From NCBI RefSeq assembly GCF_009914755.1, contig NC_060946.1: a stretch of DNA of 64,000 nucleotides, one strand, 5' to 3'. A program made the translations under genes and the position numbers. The notes beneath the pieces are model-generated. The model saw only the letters and a program-made list of their open reading frames with translations. It was not told where the DNA came from and did not search any database. Positions 19,801 to 42,997 of this stretch are shown here, piece by piece; position 1 is the first letter of the stretch, and each line of letters opens with the position of its first letter. The stretch comes from the human T2T-CHM13v2.0 reference genome, Homo sapiens.

Positions 19801-20773
19801 GCAGCATGTTTTAGGTCTTTGAACATATTTAAATGAGCTGACTGAACGTCTTTGTCTAGCAATTGCAGCATCGGGCTGGTCCCATTGGTGACTTTTCCCG
19901 TGTCTGGGTCGTCCTTTCGGTTTCCTTTCCATGTCTCATAATTTGTTAAAACCTGGACATTTCACGGGCGATAATGTGGCAACTCCGGAAGTCAGATTCT
20001 CTTCCCTGCCAAGGATGTGTTGTTGTTGTTGCCTGTTGGAGCTGTTTCTTTGCTGGGTGACTTTTCTGAACTAATTCTGACTAAGCATTAATGTCTCCAT
20101 TCCCTGCGAGCTGTGGCCACTGAAGCCGCTCTTCAGTTACGGCAGTGGTCAGCTAATGACTGGTCAGAGAGTTCCTTAGGTGCCTGGAAGCGAAGTCTTT
20201 GCCGAGTGGGTCTCTCTCTGTGTGCCGGGCGTGGCTTCAGTGCTCGGCTAGGCAGTGCTCAACTTTCCCTTAGCCGTCACCTGCTGTCTGCACAGCACCT
20301 CAGGTCAGTCACGGGTGAGGGCTCAGGGCCTTGCCGGCCTTCCTGAATATGGGCACAGCTGCAGACAGCCTTACCCACGTGCAGGGCACCTAGATTCCCA
20401 AGAAGGGGCAAGAGCTGTTCAAAACCACTACAAGCTGGACATGGTGGCTCACACCTGTAGTGTCAGTGACTCAGAAGGCTGTAATGGGAGGATGACTTGA
20501 GGCCAGGAGTTTGAGACCTAGCAAGACCCCATCCCCCACCCAAAAAAACAAAAACAACAACAAAAACTCACTGTGGACCGCTCATGCCCCAGCTGCTGCT
20601 TTTTAACCCCAGCTGTTATCCATCACCACAGGCAGCTTCGATTTTCAATCATGGATCTGATGACTTTCAACAAACTTTCCTGAGGAAAGTGCTGTTCCCA
20701 CCAGAAGAGATCTCAGGACAAATGTAGACAGCCCTGGCAAGTGGGGTCTCCCTGGGAGCTAGCAGACAGGTGA

Positions 20774-23614
<2,841 letters not shown>

Positions 23615-25174
23615 TGAGAGGTGTCAACGTGCTGGCGGTCCTCGCTCGCTCTCAGCGCCTCCTCGGCCTCAGCTTCTGCTCTGACCACACTTGAGGAGCC
23701 CTTCAGCCCAGCGCTGCACTGTGGGAGCCCCTCTCTGGACTGGTGGAGGCTGGAGCCGGCTCCCTCTGCTTGCGGGGAGGTATGGAGGGAGAGGCGTGTG
23801 CGGGAACCTGGGTTGCTCGCGGGCCAGCACCAGTTCTGGGTGGGCAGGGGCTCAGCGGGCCCTGCACTCGGAGCGGCCGGCTGGTGCCTCTGGCCCCAGG
23901 CAGTGAGGGGCTTAGCACCTGGGCCAGCAGCTGCAGAGGGGGCACCGGGTCCCCCAGTACTGCTGGCCTGCCGGCGCTCACCACACTTGAATTGTCGCCA
24001 GGCCTCAGTCACCTCCCCGCGGGGCAGGGCTCAGGACTTGCAGCCTGCCATGCCCAAGCCTCCCTACGGTGGGCTCCCTGCGAGGCCTGAGCCTCCCGGA
24101 TGGGTGCCTCCCACTGCTCCACGGCACCTGGTCCCGTCCACTGCCCAAGGGCTGAGGAGTACAGGTGCCTGGTGTGGGACTAGCAGGCAGCTCTGCCTGT
24201 GGCCCTGGCATAGGATCCACTAGGCGAAGCTGGCTGGGCTCCTGAGTCAGGTGGGGACTTGGAGAACTTTTATGTCTAGCCAGAGGATTGTATATGCACC
24301 AATCAGCACTCTGTGTCTAGCTCCGGGTTCGTGCATGCACCAATTAGCACTCTGTATCTAGCTAATCTGGTGGGGACTTGGGGAACCTTTATTTCTAGCT
24401 AAAAGATTGTAAATACACCAATCAGCACTCTGTGTCTAGCTCAAGGTTTGTAAACACACCAGTCAGCACCCTGTGTCTAACTCAAGGTTTGTAAACGCAC
24501 CAATCAGTGCTCTCTGTCTACTCTATCTAGCTAATCTAGTGGGGACTGGGACAACCTTTATGTCTAGCTAAGGGATTGTAAATACACCATTCAGCACTCT
24601 GTGTCTAGCTCAAGGTTTGTAAATATACCAATCAGTACTCTGTGTCTAGCTCAGGGATTGTAAATGCACCAATCAGCTCTCTGTAAGTGGACCAATCCAC
24701 TGTCTGTAAAATGGGCCAATCAGCAGGATGTGGGTGGGGGTCAGATAAGGGAATAAAAGCAGGCTGCCTGAAGTAGCAGCGGCAACCTGGTTGCCATCAT
24801 TCTTTTGCTGTTTGCAGTAAGTCTTGCTGCTGCTGCTCCCTCATTGGGTCCACACTGCCTTTATGAGTTGTAACACTGGAAGGACTGCAGTTTCACTCCT
24901 GAGGCCAGTGAGACCACAAACCCACCAGGAAGAATGAACAACTCCGTACGTGCAGCCTTAAGAGCCGTAACACTCACTGTGAAGGTCTGCAGCTTCACTC
25001 CTGAAGCCAGCAAGACCACGCACCCACCAGAAGGAAGAAACTCTGAACACGTCTTAACATCAGAAGGAACAAACTCTGAACACACCATCTTTAAGAACTG
25101 TAACACTCACCGTGAGGGTCCACGGCTTCATTCTTGAAGTCAGTGAGACCAAGAACCCACCAATTTTGGACACA
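23615..25174 (+). mobile_element. Solo LTR12-family (ERV9) LTR = the CYP2D7 1.56 kb spacer
   Basis: Starts TGAGAGGTG, ends GGACACA. GC-rich 5' part, tandem CCAATCAGCACTCTGTGTCTAGCT repeats (~24270-24720), GATA and AATAAAA TATA-like box at 24752. 4-bp TSD aggg/aggt; empty site aggt at 11456-11459. Confidence 0.93.
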
Positions 25175-25719
25175 AGGTGACAGGCTGAGGGCGGTGGCTC
25201 GGTCCTGGGTTTTCCTGGGGCCTTCCCAGGGAATGTTCTGGCACCTGCCGACTGAGCCCTGGGAGGTAGCCCTGGCATATAGCTCCCTGACATGATTTGT
25301 CTTCCATTTTGGGGTGTCATATATGAAGGGAGGTGACTGTTGTGATGGTGCTGGCAGGACTGCTGTCCCTGATGTGGGGTGGGCTGAGTTAGGCCTGAAA
25401 TATGGGCCTCCAGGCTGAGTCCTGCCCTCTCCACCACATCCAGGGCTGACTGACACCTCTAGTCAGCCCATTCTGGCCCCTTCCCCACATGCCAGGACAA
25501 TGTAGTCCTTGTCACCAATCTGGGCAGTCAGAGTTGGGTCAGTGGGGGACATGGGATTATGGGCAAGGGTAACTGACATCTGCTCAGCCTCAACGTACCC
25601 GTCTCAAATGCGGCCAGGCGGTGGGGTAAGCAGGAATGAGGCAGGGGTGGGGTTGCCCTGAGGAGGATGATCCCAACGAGGGCGTGAGCAGGGGACCCGA
25701 GTTGGAACTACCACATTGC

Positions 25720-25725
25720 TTTATT
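25720..25725 (-). terminator. CYP2D7 polyadenylation signal
   Basis: Same context as in CYP2D6. Confidence 0.88.
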
Positions 25726-25776
25726 GTACATTAGAGCCTCTGGCTAGGGAGCAGGCTGGGGACTAGGTACCCCATT

Positions 25777-28700
25777 CTAGCGGGGCACAGCACAAAGCTC
25801 GTAGGGGGATGGGGTCACCAGAAAGCTGACGACACGAGAGTGGCTGGGCCGGGGCTGTCCGGCGGCCACGGAGAAGCTGAAGTGCTGCAGCAGGGAGGTG
25901 AAGAAGAGGAAGAGCTCCATGCGGGCCAGGGGCTCCCCGAGGCATGCACGGCGGCCTGTGGGGAGGGGAGGGGCGTCAGTGAGCCTGGCTCCTGGGTGAT
26001 ACCCCTGCAAGACTCCACGGAAGGGGACAGGGAGCCGGGCTCCCCACAGGCACCTGCTGAGAAAGGCAGGAAGGCCTCCGGCTTCACAAAGTGGCCCTGG
26101 GCATCCAGGAAGTGTTCGGGGTGGAAGCGGAAGGGCTTCTTCCAGACGGCCTCATCCTTCAGCACCGATGACAGGTTGGTGATGAGTGTCGTTCCCTGGG
26201 CAGGAGATGCAGGGTGAGAGTGGGGACTGGACTCTAGGATGCTGGGACCCCTGCCACCAAACACACGGGGGACACACACTGCCTGGCACACAGCTGGACT
26301 CTGTCAACTAGTCCTGCGCCCGAGAAGCTCCACAGTACCCTCTCCGACCCCACAGCAGGGCGCAGTCACACCTCTCAGAGGCACCCACACTGCCCCCTCT
26401 CCCTGCAGGCGCTGGGTCCTCCAACATTCTGGCAGGTCCTGATTTGTCTTCCCCACTAGACGGGGGCTCTGGATGGACAGGCCAGCCCTGCCTATACTCT
26501 GGACCCCCCACCCAAGCGGGGACAGTCAGTGTGGTGGCATTGAGGACTAGGTGGCCAGGGTTCCTAGAGTGGGCCCACCTGGCAGTAGCCATGCTGGGGC
26601 TACCACCGGGGCTGATGCTGAGCTGGGGTGAGGAGGGCGCCAGGCCTACCTTAGGGATGCGGAAGCCCTGTACTTCGATGTCATGGGATGTCATATGGGT
26701 CACACTCAGGGGGATGATGTCCCCAAAGCGCTGCACCTCGTGAATCACGGCAGTGGTGTAGGGCATGTGAGCCTGGTCACCCATCTCTGGTCGCCGCACC
26801 TGCCCTATCACGTCGTCGATCTCCTGTTGGACACGGACTGGACAGACATGCGTCCCCACAATGGGTCAGCACCCAGGGGACACTCTCCTTCGTCCTGTGT
26901 TGGAGGAAGTTAGGCTTACAGGAGCCTGGCCACGCCTGTGCTGGAAGCCCCGGGTGTCCCAGCTAAGCCCAGGGGCCCCCAGCTGTACCCTTCCTCCCTC
27001 AGTCCCTGCCTTGGGCCCCAGCTGGGCTCACGCTGCACATCCAGGTGTAGGATCATGAGCAGGAGGCCCCAGGCCAGCGTGGTCAAGGTGGTCACCATCC
27101 CGGCAAGGAACAGGTTACCCACCACTATGCGCAGGTTCTCATCATTGAAGCTGCTCTCAGGGCTCCCCTTGGCCTGAGCAGGGCCGAGAGGATACTCAGG
27201 GGATAGAACGGGGTAGCCCCCAAATGACCTCCAATTCTGCACCTGTCAGCCCAGATGCGGCTCGCCGGGTGATGCACTGGTCCAACCTTTTGCCCAGCCT
27301 CCCCTCATTCCTCCTGGGACGTTCAACCCACCACCCTTGCCCCCCACCGTGGCAGCCACTCTCACCTTCTCCTTCTTTGCCAGGAAGGCCTCAGTCAGGT
27401 CTCGGGGTGGCTGGGCTGGGTCCCAGGTCATCCTGTGCTCAGTTAGCAGCTCATCCAGCTGGGTCAGGAAAGCCTTTTGGAAGCGTAGGACCTTGCCAGC
27501 CAGCGCTGGGATGTGCAGGAGGACGGGGACAGCATTCAGCACCTACACCAGACAGAACGGGGTCTCAATCCCTCCTGTGCTCTGCGTTCATCTGGACCAG
27601 TCTCAGGCCCCAGCCATCTCCAGGAAGACCCAGGGCCTGCCTGTCCTTACCACTGACCTCACCAAGTCCCTCCCCAAGTGCCAGCCTCCACCCTCTCTCT
27701 CCTTGCCCAGAGGAGAGACCTAAAATCGAAATCTCCAACGTGGACGGGGGTACAGAGTCCTTGGCCTCTCCTGGTGCCCCCTGACCCGGGCACACCTCTC
27801 CCACGACCATGTCTGAGATGTCCCCTCCTCCTCCAGGCCCTTCTTACAGTGGGGTCTCCTGGAATGTCCTTTCCCAAACCCATCTACGCAAATCCTGCCC
27901 TTCGGAGGCCCCAGTCCAGCCCCGGCACCTCTCAGGAGCTCGCCCTGCAAAGACCCTTGCTCCGCACCTCGCGCAGGAAGCCCGACTCCTCCTTCAGTCC
28001 CTCCTGAGCTAGGTCCAGCAGCCTGAGGAAGCGAGGGTCGTCGTACTCGAAGCGGCGCCCGCAGGTGAGGGAGGCGATCACGTTGCTCACGGCTTTGTCC
28101 AAGAGACCGTTGGGGCGAAAGGGGCGTCCTGGGGGTGGGAGATGCGGGTAAGGGGTCGCCTTCTCCGTCCCCCGCCTTCCCAGTTCCCGCTGTGTGCCCT
28201 TCTGCCCATCACCCACCGGCTTGGTCGGCGAAGGCGGCACAAAGGCAGGCGGCCTCCTCGGTCACCCACTGCTCCAGCGACTTCTTGCCCAGGCCCAAGT
28301 TGCGCAAGGTGGACACGGAGAAGCGCCTCTGCTCGCGCCACGCGGGCCCATAGCGCGACAGGATCACCCCTGGGGGCGGGACGGACACGTGGGCGTTGCC
28401 ATGAAGGCCTTGGCCCCACCCTCCGCCACCCACTCCAACCCTGGCGCTCCACAAGGTCTCCCGCAGTCCCTAGCCCGGTCCAGCTGGGCACAGGGCCCAC
28501 TCTTTGCTCACCCACATTGCTCCCCTGCCTGGGGCGGGGTTTGGCCCCACCTCGTCTCTGCCCACCCTGACCACCTTTCCACTCAAGGAAGATCCCGCCC
28601 GTCCCGCCCACACTGAGCCCGCAGCATAGGCGCGGTCCCCGCCACCGCCACTTCGACGCATCAGCCTCGCCCACCGGGCTTCTGGCGGGTCTGGGCAGTA

Positions 28701-29953
28701 GCCCCGCCCCCTCCCAGCCCACAGACTCGCACCTCCCCCGTGCAGGTGGTTTCCTGGCCCACTGTCCTCAGCCCACTCGCTGGCCTTTATCTCTGTTTCA
28801 CGTCCAGGACCCCACGCCCTGTCGGCGCTGCTTGGGCTACGGTCACTGTCCACCCGGGGCCCACGGAAACGCGGTCTCTGTCCCCCACCGCCGCTTGCCT
28901 TGGGAACGCGGCCCGAAGCCCAGGACCTGGTAGATGGGCGCAGGCGGGCGGTCGGCCGTGTCCTCGCCGCGGGTCACCATCGCCTCGCGCACGGCCGCCA
29001 GCCCATTGAGCACGACCACCGGCGTCCAGGCCAGCTGCAGGCTGAACACGTCCCCGAAGCGGCGCCGCAACTGCAGAGGGAGGGTCAGGGCCTCTTGTCA
29101 AGCCAGGATCCCCCCAGACTACAGGTCCTAGTCCTATTTGAACCTTGGACGACCCCCGGGGCTACCAGGAGTGAGCAGGTGGAAGGAGGAGACCCAGCCT
29201 CCTGATCCTGGGGCGGGGGTGGGGGTCACACCTTCTGTGATGGAGGAACTCAGTTTGGATGCGTCACCCAGGTATGACCTTGCAAGAGTCACCAAAATTG
29301 CCGAGAGGCCCCAGTTAGCATCCCATTCCCAGATGATGGTCCATGCCGGTGAGCAGTGAGGCCCGAGGACCCACAGTGCAAAAGGTTTGAACCGGGTCAC
29401 TGCACCCCCTTCATCCTCGATTTCGTGATTTAAACGGCACTCAGGACTAACTCATCTTCCATTCCCAAGGCCTTTCCTTCTGGTGTCAGCAGAAGGGACT
29501 TTGTACTCCATAACATATGTTGCCCAATGGGCTTGCATGCCCACTGCCAAGTCCAGCTCCACCTCCAGGCCCTTGCCCTACTCTTCCTTGGCCTTTGGAA
29601 AATCCAGTCCTTCATGCCATGTATAAATGTCCTTCCCCAGGACGTCCCCCAAACCTGCTTCCCCTTCTCAGCCTGGCTTCTGATCCAGCCTGTGGTTTAA
29701 CCCACCACCCATGTTTGCTGGTGGTGGGGCATCCTCAGGACCTCTGCCGCCCTCCAGGACCTCCTCCCTCACCTGGTCGAAGCAGTATGGTGTGTTCTGG
29801 AAGTCCACATGCAGCAAGGTTGCCCAGCCCGGGCAGTGGCAGGGGACCTGGCGGGTAGCGTGCAGCCCAGCGTTGGTGCCGGTGCATCAGGTCCACCAGG
29901 AGCAGGAAGATGGCCACTATCATGGCCAGGGGCACCAGTGCTTCTAGCCCCAT
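25777..29953 (-). pseudogene. CYP2D7: CYP2D7, frameshifted by a 1-nt (T) insertion in exon 1
   Basis: Exons 29773-29953 (181 nt; extra base at 29816/29817), 28899-29070, 28217-28369, 27968-28128, 27366-27542, 27032-27173, 26650-26837, 26054-26195, 25777-25955. GGCAACCTTGCTGC here vs GGCAACCTGCTGC in CYP2D6. Exon 9 reads [16 protein letters not shown], and the 1.56 kb spacer lies downstream. Confidence 0.98.
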
Positions 29954-30064
29954 GGCTGCCTCACTACCAACTGGGCTCCTCTGGACACACCTGGCACCCC
30001 CACCCCACCAGGCACAGAGGACCAGGCAGGACACTCTCAGCACACCGAGCGCGTGACCCTTCCC

Positions 30065-30096
30065 TTATAAAGGGAGCTGATGATGGCCTTCGCCCT
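30065..30096 (-). promoter_or_regulatory. CYP2D7 core promoter: TATA intact, DR1 altered (AGGGCGAAGGCCA)
   Basis: Paralogous to 16394-16425 with a substitution at 30091. Confidence 0.8.
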
Positions 30097-31061
30097 CTGC
30101 TGTGAGTGAACCTGCTGTGTTGACTGTGCTGCCAGTGGCAGAGTCAGGCCAGGGCAGGTATGGGCTGCTCCAGAGGTCCTTGCCGCTGCTTCCTGCTCCA
30201 GGCCCTTACCCAGGGTAGGGTGGTAGAAAGGCCTGGTCGGAGAAGTCACCCCCTCTCCCCACTCCAAGCTCCCCAAGCCCACACAGGCTTCTGGGATAAC
30301 CAGGGTCTCAGTGGACCCGGCCATCCACCTCCCAGCTAGGCTCATACACCCTAATGTAGTCACAACCCCTCCTCCAGAACATGACCTTGCCCTTTCCCTA
30401 CCCCCACCTGCCCACTCCAGAGTGACCTTCAGCACCCTTATCTGTCACTGGCACTTACCTGGGGCCTTAGAGCTCCTGATGATGAGTGGCATCATGGGCC
30501 TGGTCCCTTCACTTCACCTTGCACTCTTGACATGCACAGACGCTATGCACACACCTGATGGTGCACAGATCTCTTGTCCACTCCCAGACACTTGTCCACT
30601 TGTTCACACTTGCAGGGACACGATTACACATGCAGAAAATCACCCACACAAAGACAATATTCACACATACACAGACTCACACTGACACTCAGGGCACACA
30701 TTCTCTCTCACACACACCAGTCACACACACATACAGACCCGGCACCAAGTACCCCACTTCCCAGCCATGCCCGAGGTTTCCTGGATGGGACCTCTCCTGT
30801 CCAGAGGCTGCTCCCGGTGAGCCTCAAAGCTGTCACGTGGATCCCAGCTCAGCCCACATTCTGGGCTCTGGCCGGGCCATGACTTCCTGTTTGCAACAGG
30901 GCTGTTCCCAGAGCTCCCAGTTGGTAGCCTGAAGGCCCTTGCCCCAGCCTGTGACAGCATCCTCCAGGGCTGCCTGAGGGTCGTCATTCTCCACTGCTTC
31001 CTGGCCTCCATGTTTCTGATTAGAAATCTGGTGGAAACATTATGGAGGATCCTTTATTTAG

Positions 31062-33716
<2,655 letters not shown>

Positions 33717-33999
33717 GGCTGGGCACAGTAGCTTACACCTGTAATCCCAGCACTCTGGGGGGCTGAGGCAGTCAGATGACCTGAGATAGGGAGTTCGAAA
33801 GCAGCCTGGCCAACATGGTGAAACTCCGTCTCTACAAAAAATACAAAAATTAGCAAAGCATGGTGGCATGTGCCTGCAGTCCCAGCTACTAGGGAGGCTG
33901 AGATGGGAGGATTGCTTGAACCCAGGAAGTCAAGGCTGCAGTGAGCCCTGATGGCATCACTGCACTCCAGCCTCGGTGACAGAGCAAGACCCTGTCTCA

Positions 34000-34040
<41 letters not shown>
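33717..34040 (+). mobile_element. AluJ-like element with a (CA)n tail
   Basis: Alu consensus; CA repeat ~34005-34040. Confidence 0.85.
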
Positions 34041-34043
<3 letters not shown>

Positions 34044-34059
34044 TGCTCAAACTAATATC

Positions 34060-34685
34060 ATTTTGCTGTTAGAGCCAAGAGGGGTGGCCTGTGTAGTAAA
34101 AAGTGGGGAAGTCATTCCTTGCACAATGCAAGCCACTGGACCAAGAGTCCAAACTGACTCTTGACAGGAGGCTGGGAGATATCTGCTAAGGCCTTGGAAT
34201 GTCCTGCCTGAAATAGTGTCTTTGTACATAGCTAGGGCCTTGGACCGTACAACACAGTTTATGCCAACAATGTGATCGAGGGTGGGGCCGTCAGGCCTGT
34301 ATCCATCTGACTTCAGGAGGGGCTGGAGACTGAGTAACTGAGGTCAGCCATGCTGCGGGGGCTCAAGCCTAGGATGACCAACTCCCAACAAAAACCATGG
34401 ACACCAAGGCCCAGGTGAGCTTCCGTGGCTGGCAGGGCTCTCTGCTGCCTCACTTACTGTTGGGGGAGAATTAAGCACTGCCTGTAGGAGTCCACCAGAA
34501 AAGAGAGCTGCAGCCTTGGCCTGGTCATTCTGGACTCTGGTCCCTGTGCCTTTCATCTTTGCTGACTTTAATCTGTACCCTTCTCTGTAATAAACTGTTA
34601 ACAGGGAGAATAACAGCTTTTCTAGGGCTGTGAGACCTTCTAGAAATCACTGAACCTGAGGGTGGTCTGGGGGAGCACAACACAG
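34060..34685 (+). mobile_element. MER21-like LTR
   Basis: ggacaccaaggcccaggtgagcttcc and gctgactttaatctgta...aataaactgt segments resemble the MER21 group. Family call is tentative. Confidence 0.55.
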
Positions 34686-34896
34686 TCTCCCACCCTAGCC
34701 AGGGAATGGGTTGATTCTTGGCATATGCCTATTCATATCCACCCCAGCCAAGACTTACGCATGGACTTTGTCACCAAGCCAGGCAGCCAGTGATGGGTCT
34801 CTGGGCGTGACGTGGGGGCAGGCTGTTTCCTGCTGAGAATCACTATGCCTGTATCTCAAGTAAAGTCAGGCGTCCAGGTAAGAGTGAATGAGGTGA

Positions 34897-35240
<344 letters not shown>

Positions 35241-35329
35241 TCAGGCAGGTGACTGACGACCCAACACAACCAGGACCTTGGCAGGGGCCCAGACTGGATA
35301 CAGAAACCAAGTGGGAGCCACTAGACTAA

Positions 35330-35335
35330 TTTATT
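35330..35335 (-). terminator. CYP2D8P polyadenylation signal
   Basis: TGTACAATAAA retained about 30 nt after the stop codon. Confidence 0.8.
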
Positions 35336-35365
35336 GTACAACAGGGTCCCAGCTGAGGAGCAACT

Positions 35366-40499
<5,134 letters not shown>

Positions 40500-40610
40500 G
40501 GCTGCCTCACTGCCCATTGGGCTCCTCTGGACACACCTGGCACCTCCACCCCACCAGGCACAGAGGACCAGGCAGGACACTCTCAGCACACCCAGTGCAT
40601 GACCGTTCCC

Positions 40611-40642
40611 TTATAAAGGGAGCTGATGATGGCCTTTGCCTT
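40611..40642 (-). promoter_or_regulatory. CYP2D8P core promoter remnant: TATA and DR1 (AAGGCAAAGGCCA)
   Basis: Paralogous to the CYP2D6 promoter. Confidence 0.7.
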
Positions 40643-41199
40643 CTGCTGTGAGCCAACCTGCTGTGTTGACTGTGCTGCCAGTGGGTGCAGGGTCAGGCCA
40701 GGGCGGGTATGGGCTGCTGCAGAGGTCCTTGCCCCTGCTCGCTCTAGTTGCCTACCCAGATTAGGGTGGTGGGCGAGAGGTGGCCTGGCATGGGAGCTCC
40801 ACCCAAGTTGGAGGTATGGATTGTACTGGGTGCTGGGCTGTGTACTGGGAGCATGGTGGTAAGGCTGTGAGTCAATGCCCCAACGTAATGATGACCACGG
40901 GGAGTAGGAAGGTAACATAGCTGACATGACAAGCCAGCAGTGCCATGAGGGTCCATGGGGACGTTGTCCCAGGCTGGAACAGGACTTTCTGGGAAGGATT
41001 CATGGAGAACTTTGTCTAGCTGACTGAGGGGCTGCCTAGCACTGTAGGCCACGGCACTGGCAGTGGGACCAACCCACCCCTGGAATTTCCTGTGCAGGTG
41101 GCCTGAGGGGCAGCAGGAGGCCAGCAGCTGGAGCCTGGGTCTTTTCAGGTCTGGATGAAGACTGGATCTGGGGAACAAAAGGCAGGGAGAACAGTTTAT

Positions 41200-41506
<307 letters not shown>

Positions 41507-42694
41507 TGAAGCTACTCAACTGACAGAGAGAGCAAGACCCATGCCTATCTGGGGACTTCTCAGATCTGGCTTGTGGTCTCCCAAACTGGCCTCAGCTGAA
41601 TGAATGTTCCTGTCCTACATGGCAGCACTGTTCTATTTGGGACTGTGAGAGAATCAAGGTGCAGGGACAGCAGGATGGTCTGGGTGCTTGTTACATGGTG
41701 GCCCTTTATACATTACCTGTATGCACTCTTGGCCTTTTGAGGTGTCAGGCCCTCCCCAAGCAGTCATCATGAATCATGATGGGGGTGTGAAGGGCAGGGA
41801 CAGGCATGCCTGCAATGTGGGCAGTGTCCTCCCGAGTGCCCTCCTTACCAGCCAGAGGCCTGTAATTCAAGATATGGCAGCATGAGGAAAACATTTAATA
41901 ACAATGCCTGTGGCCTTTTCCAATCATTGTGCACCTGTGGCTTCCATTGATCGGGCACTTATGTGCCAGAAACTGCTGGTCAGACTGTGTGCTCTAGCTC
42001 ATTAATCCTCCCACAGCCCCCTAAGGAGGTGGTTTTATGGTCCCCAAGGCACAGAGACTGAGGCTCAGAGATCACATAACAAGGTTCAAGTCACACAGCG
42101 GTGTTAGGAGTCCACATCCAATGTGTATGCTGAGCTACTATTCTATACTGTTTGGACATTACATTCTATTAATGGTCAGTATAGATGTTTCTGGGATTTA
42201 TTATTTTTAGGAAACAGATCCAACCTGCCTTCCCTGAACAGTGGTACTGCTGTGTCATGGTAAAAAGTGCACTGTGCCCTGGCAGGCCCTATGGACGTTG
42301 CCAAGTGAGATGGTGTGAAAATATGTCAGCAAGTGGTAGACTAGGAAACTGCGGGCTCTCGTTCTCTTAGAGAGCTCAATGTTAAAGCTATAGGAGACCA
42401 AAACATCGTGAGAATTCTAGAAACTAGTTAGGATGCTGCAATGCCAGCTAGTGCAGAGCCAGGGAGGGACTGCACTGGGAAGGGTAGTCAAGTTGGAGCA
42501 TTTTGCTTGTTCTTGCCCTTCCCCCTGCCAGGCATAGCAATGCTACTGGGAGAGACCCTCCAATTCCCAGCTCCTCCCATGGGATGGGTTTCTGCTGGGT
42601 CCGACTCAAGAGTGCTGAGTGGTGGGGTCTGTCTGCCCTCAGAGCAGCACCTCTGCGTTTCCACAGCTGCAAGGGGACGGGGTTATGGGCAGTG

Positions 42695-42997
42695 GAATAG
42701 TTGTGTCTGGGTATCCTGGAGGGGATTGGTGCCAGGACCCCCGGTAAATACCAAAACCCAAGGATGCTCAGGTTCCTTATGTAAAATGGCATAGTATACC
42801 TATGCAAATGCTCCTGTATACTTTAAATCATCTCTAGATTATTTGTAATGCCTAATACAGTGTAAATGCTACATAAATAGTTGCTATACTGTACTGCTCT
42901 TATTTGTATTTTTAGTTGTTATACTTTCTCAAGTTATCTTTGATGTGTGGTTGAATTTGTGGATGCGGAGCCTGTGGGTATCGAGGGCTGCTTGTAC
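42695..42997. mobile_element. MER2 (TcMar-Tigger) DNA transposon
   Basis: ggggattggtgccaggacccc...ggatgctcaggttcctta...aatcatctctagatta...gtggatgcggagcc signature. Confidence 0.75.

Noticed and set aside
24270-24720. Repeat array superficially like a CRISPR array
   Set aside because: These are the internal enhancer repeats of LTR12. The intervening sequences are mutually homologous, the DNA is human and there are no cas genes.
40744-41178. 144-aa ORF and an overlapping short hydrophobic ORF upstream of CYP2D8P
   Set aside because: No recognisable homolog, splice structure or retrocopy hallmarks. A BLASTx search would be needed to revive it.
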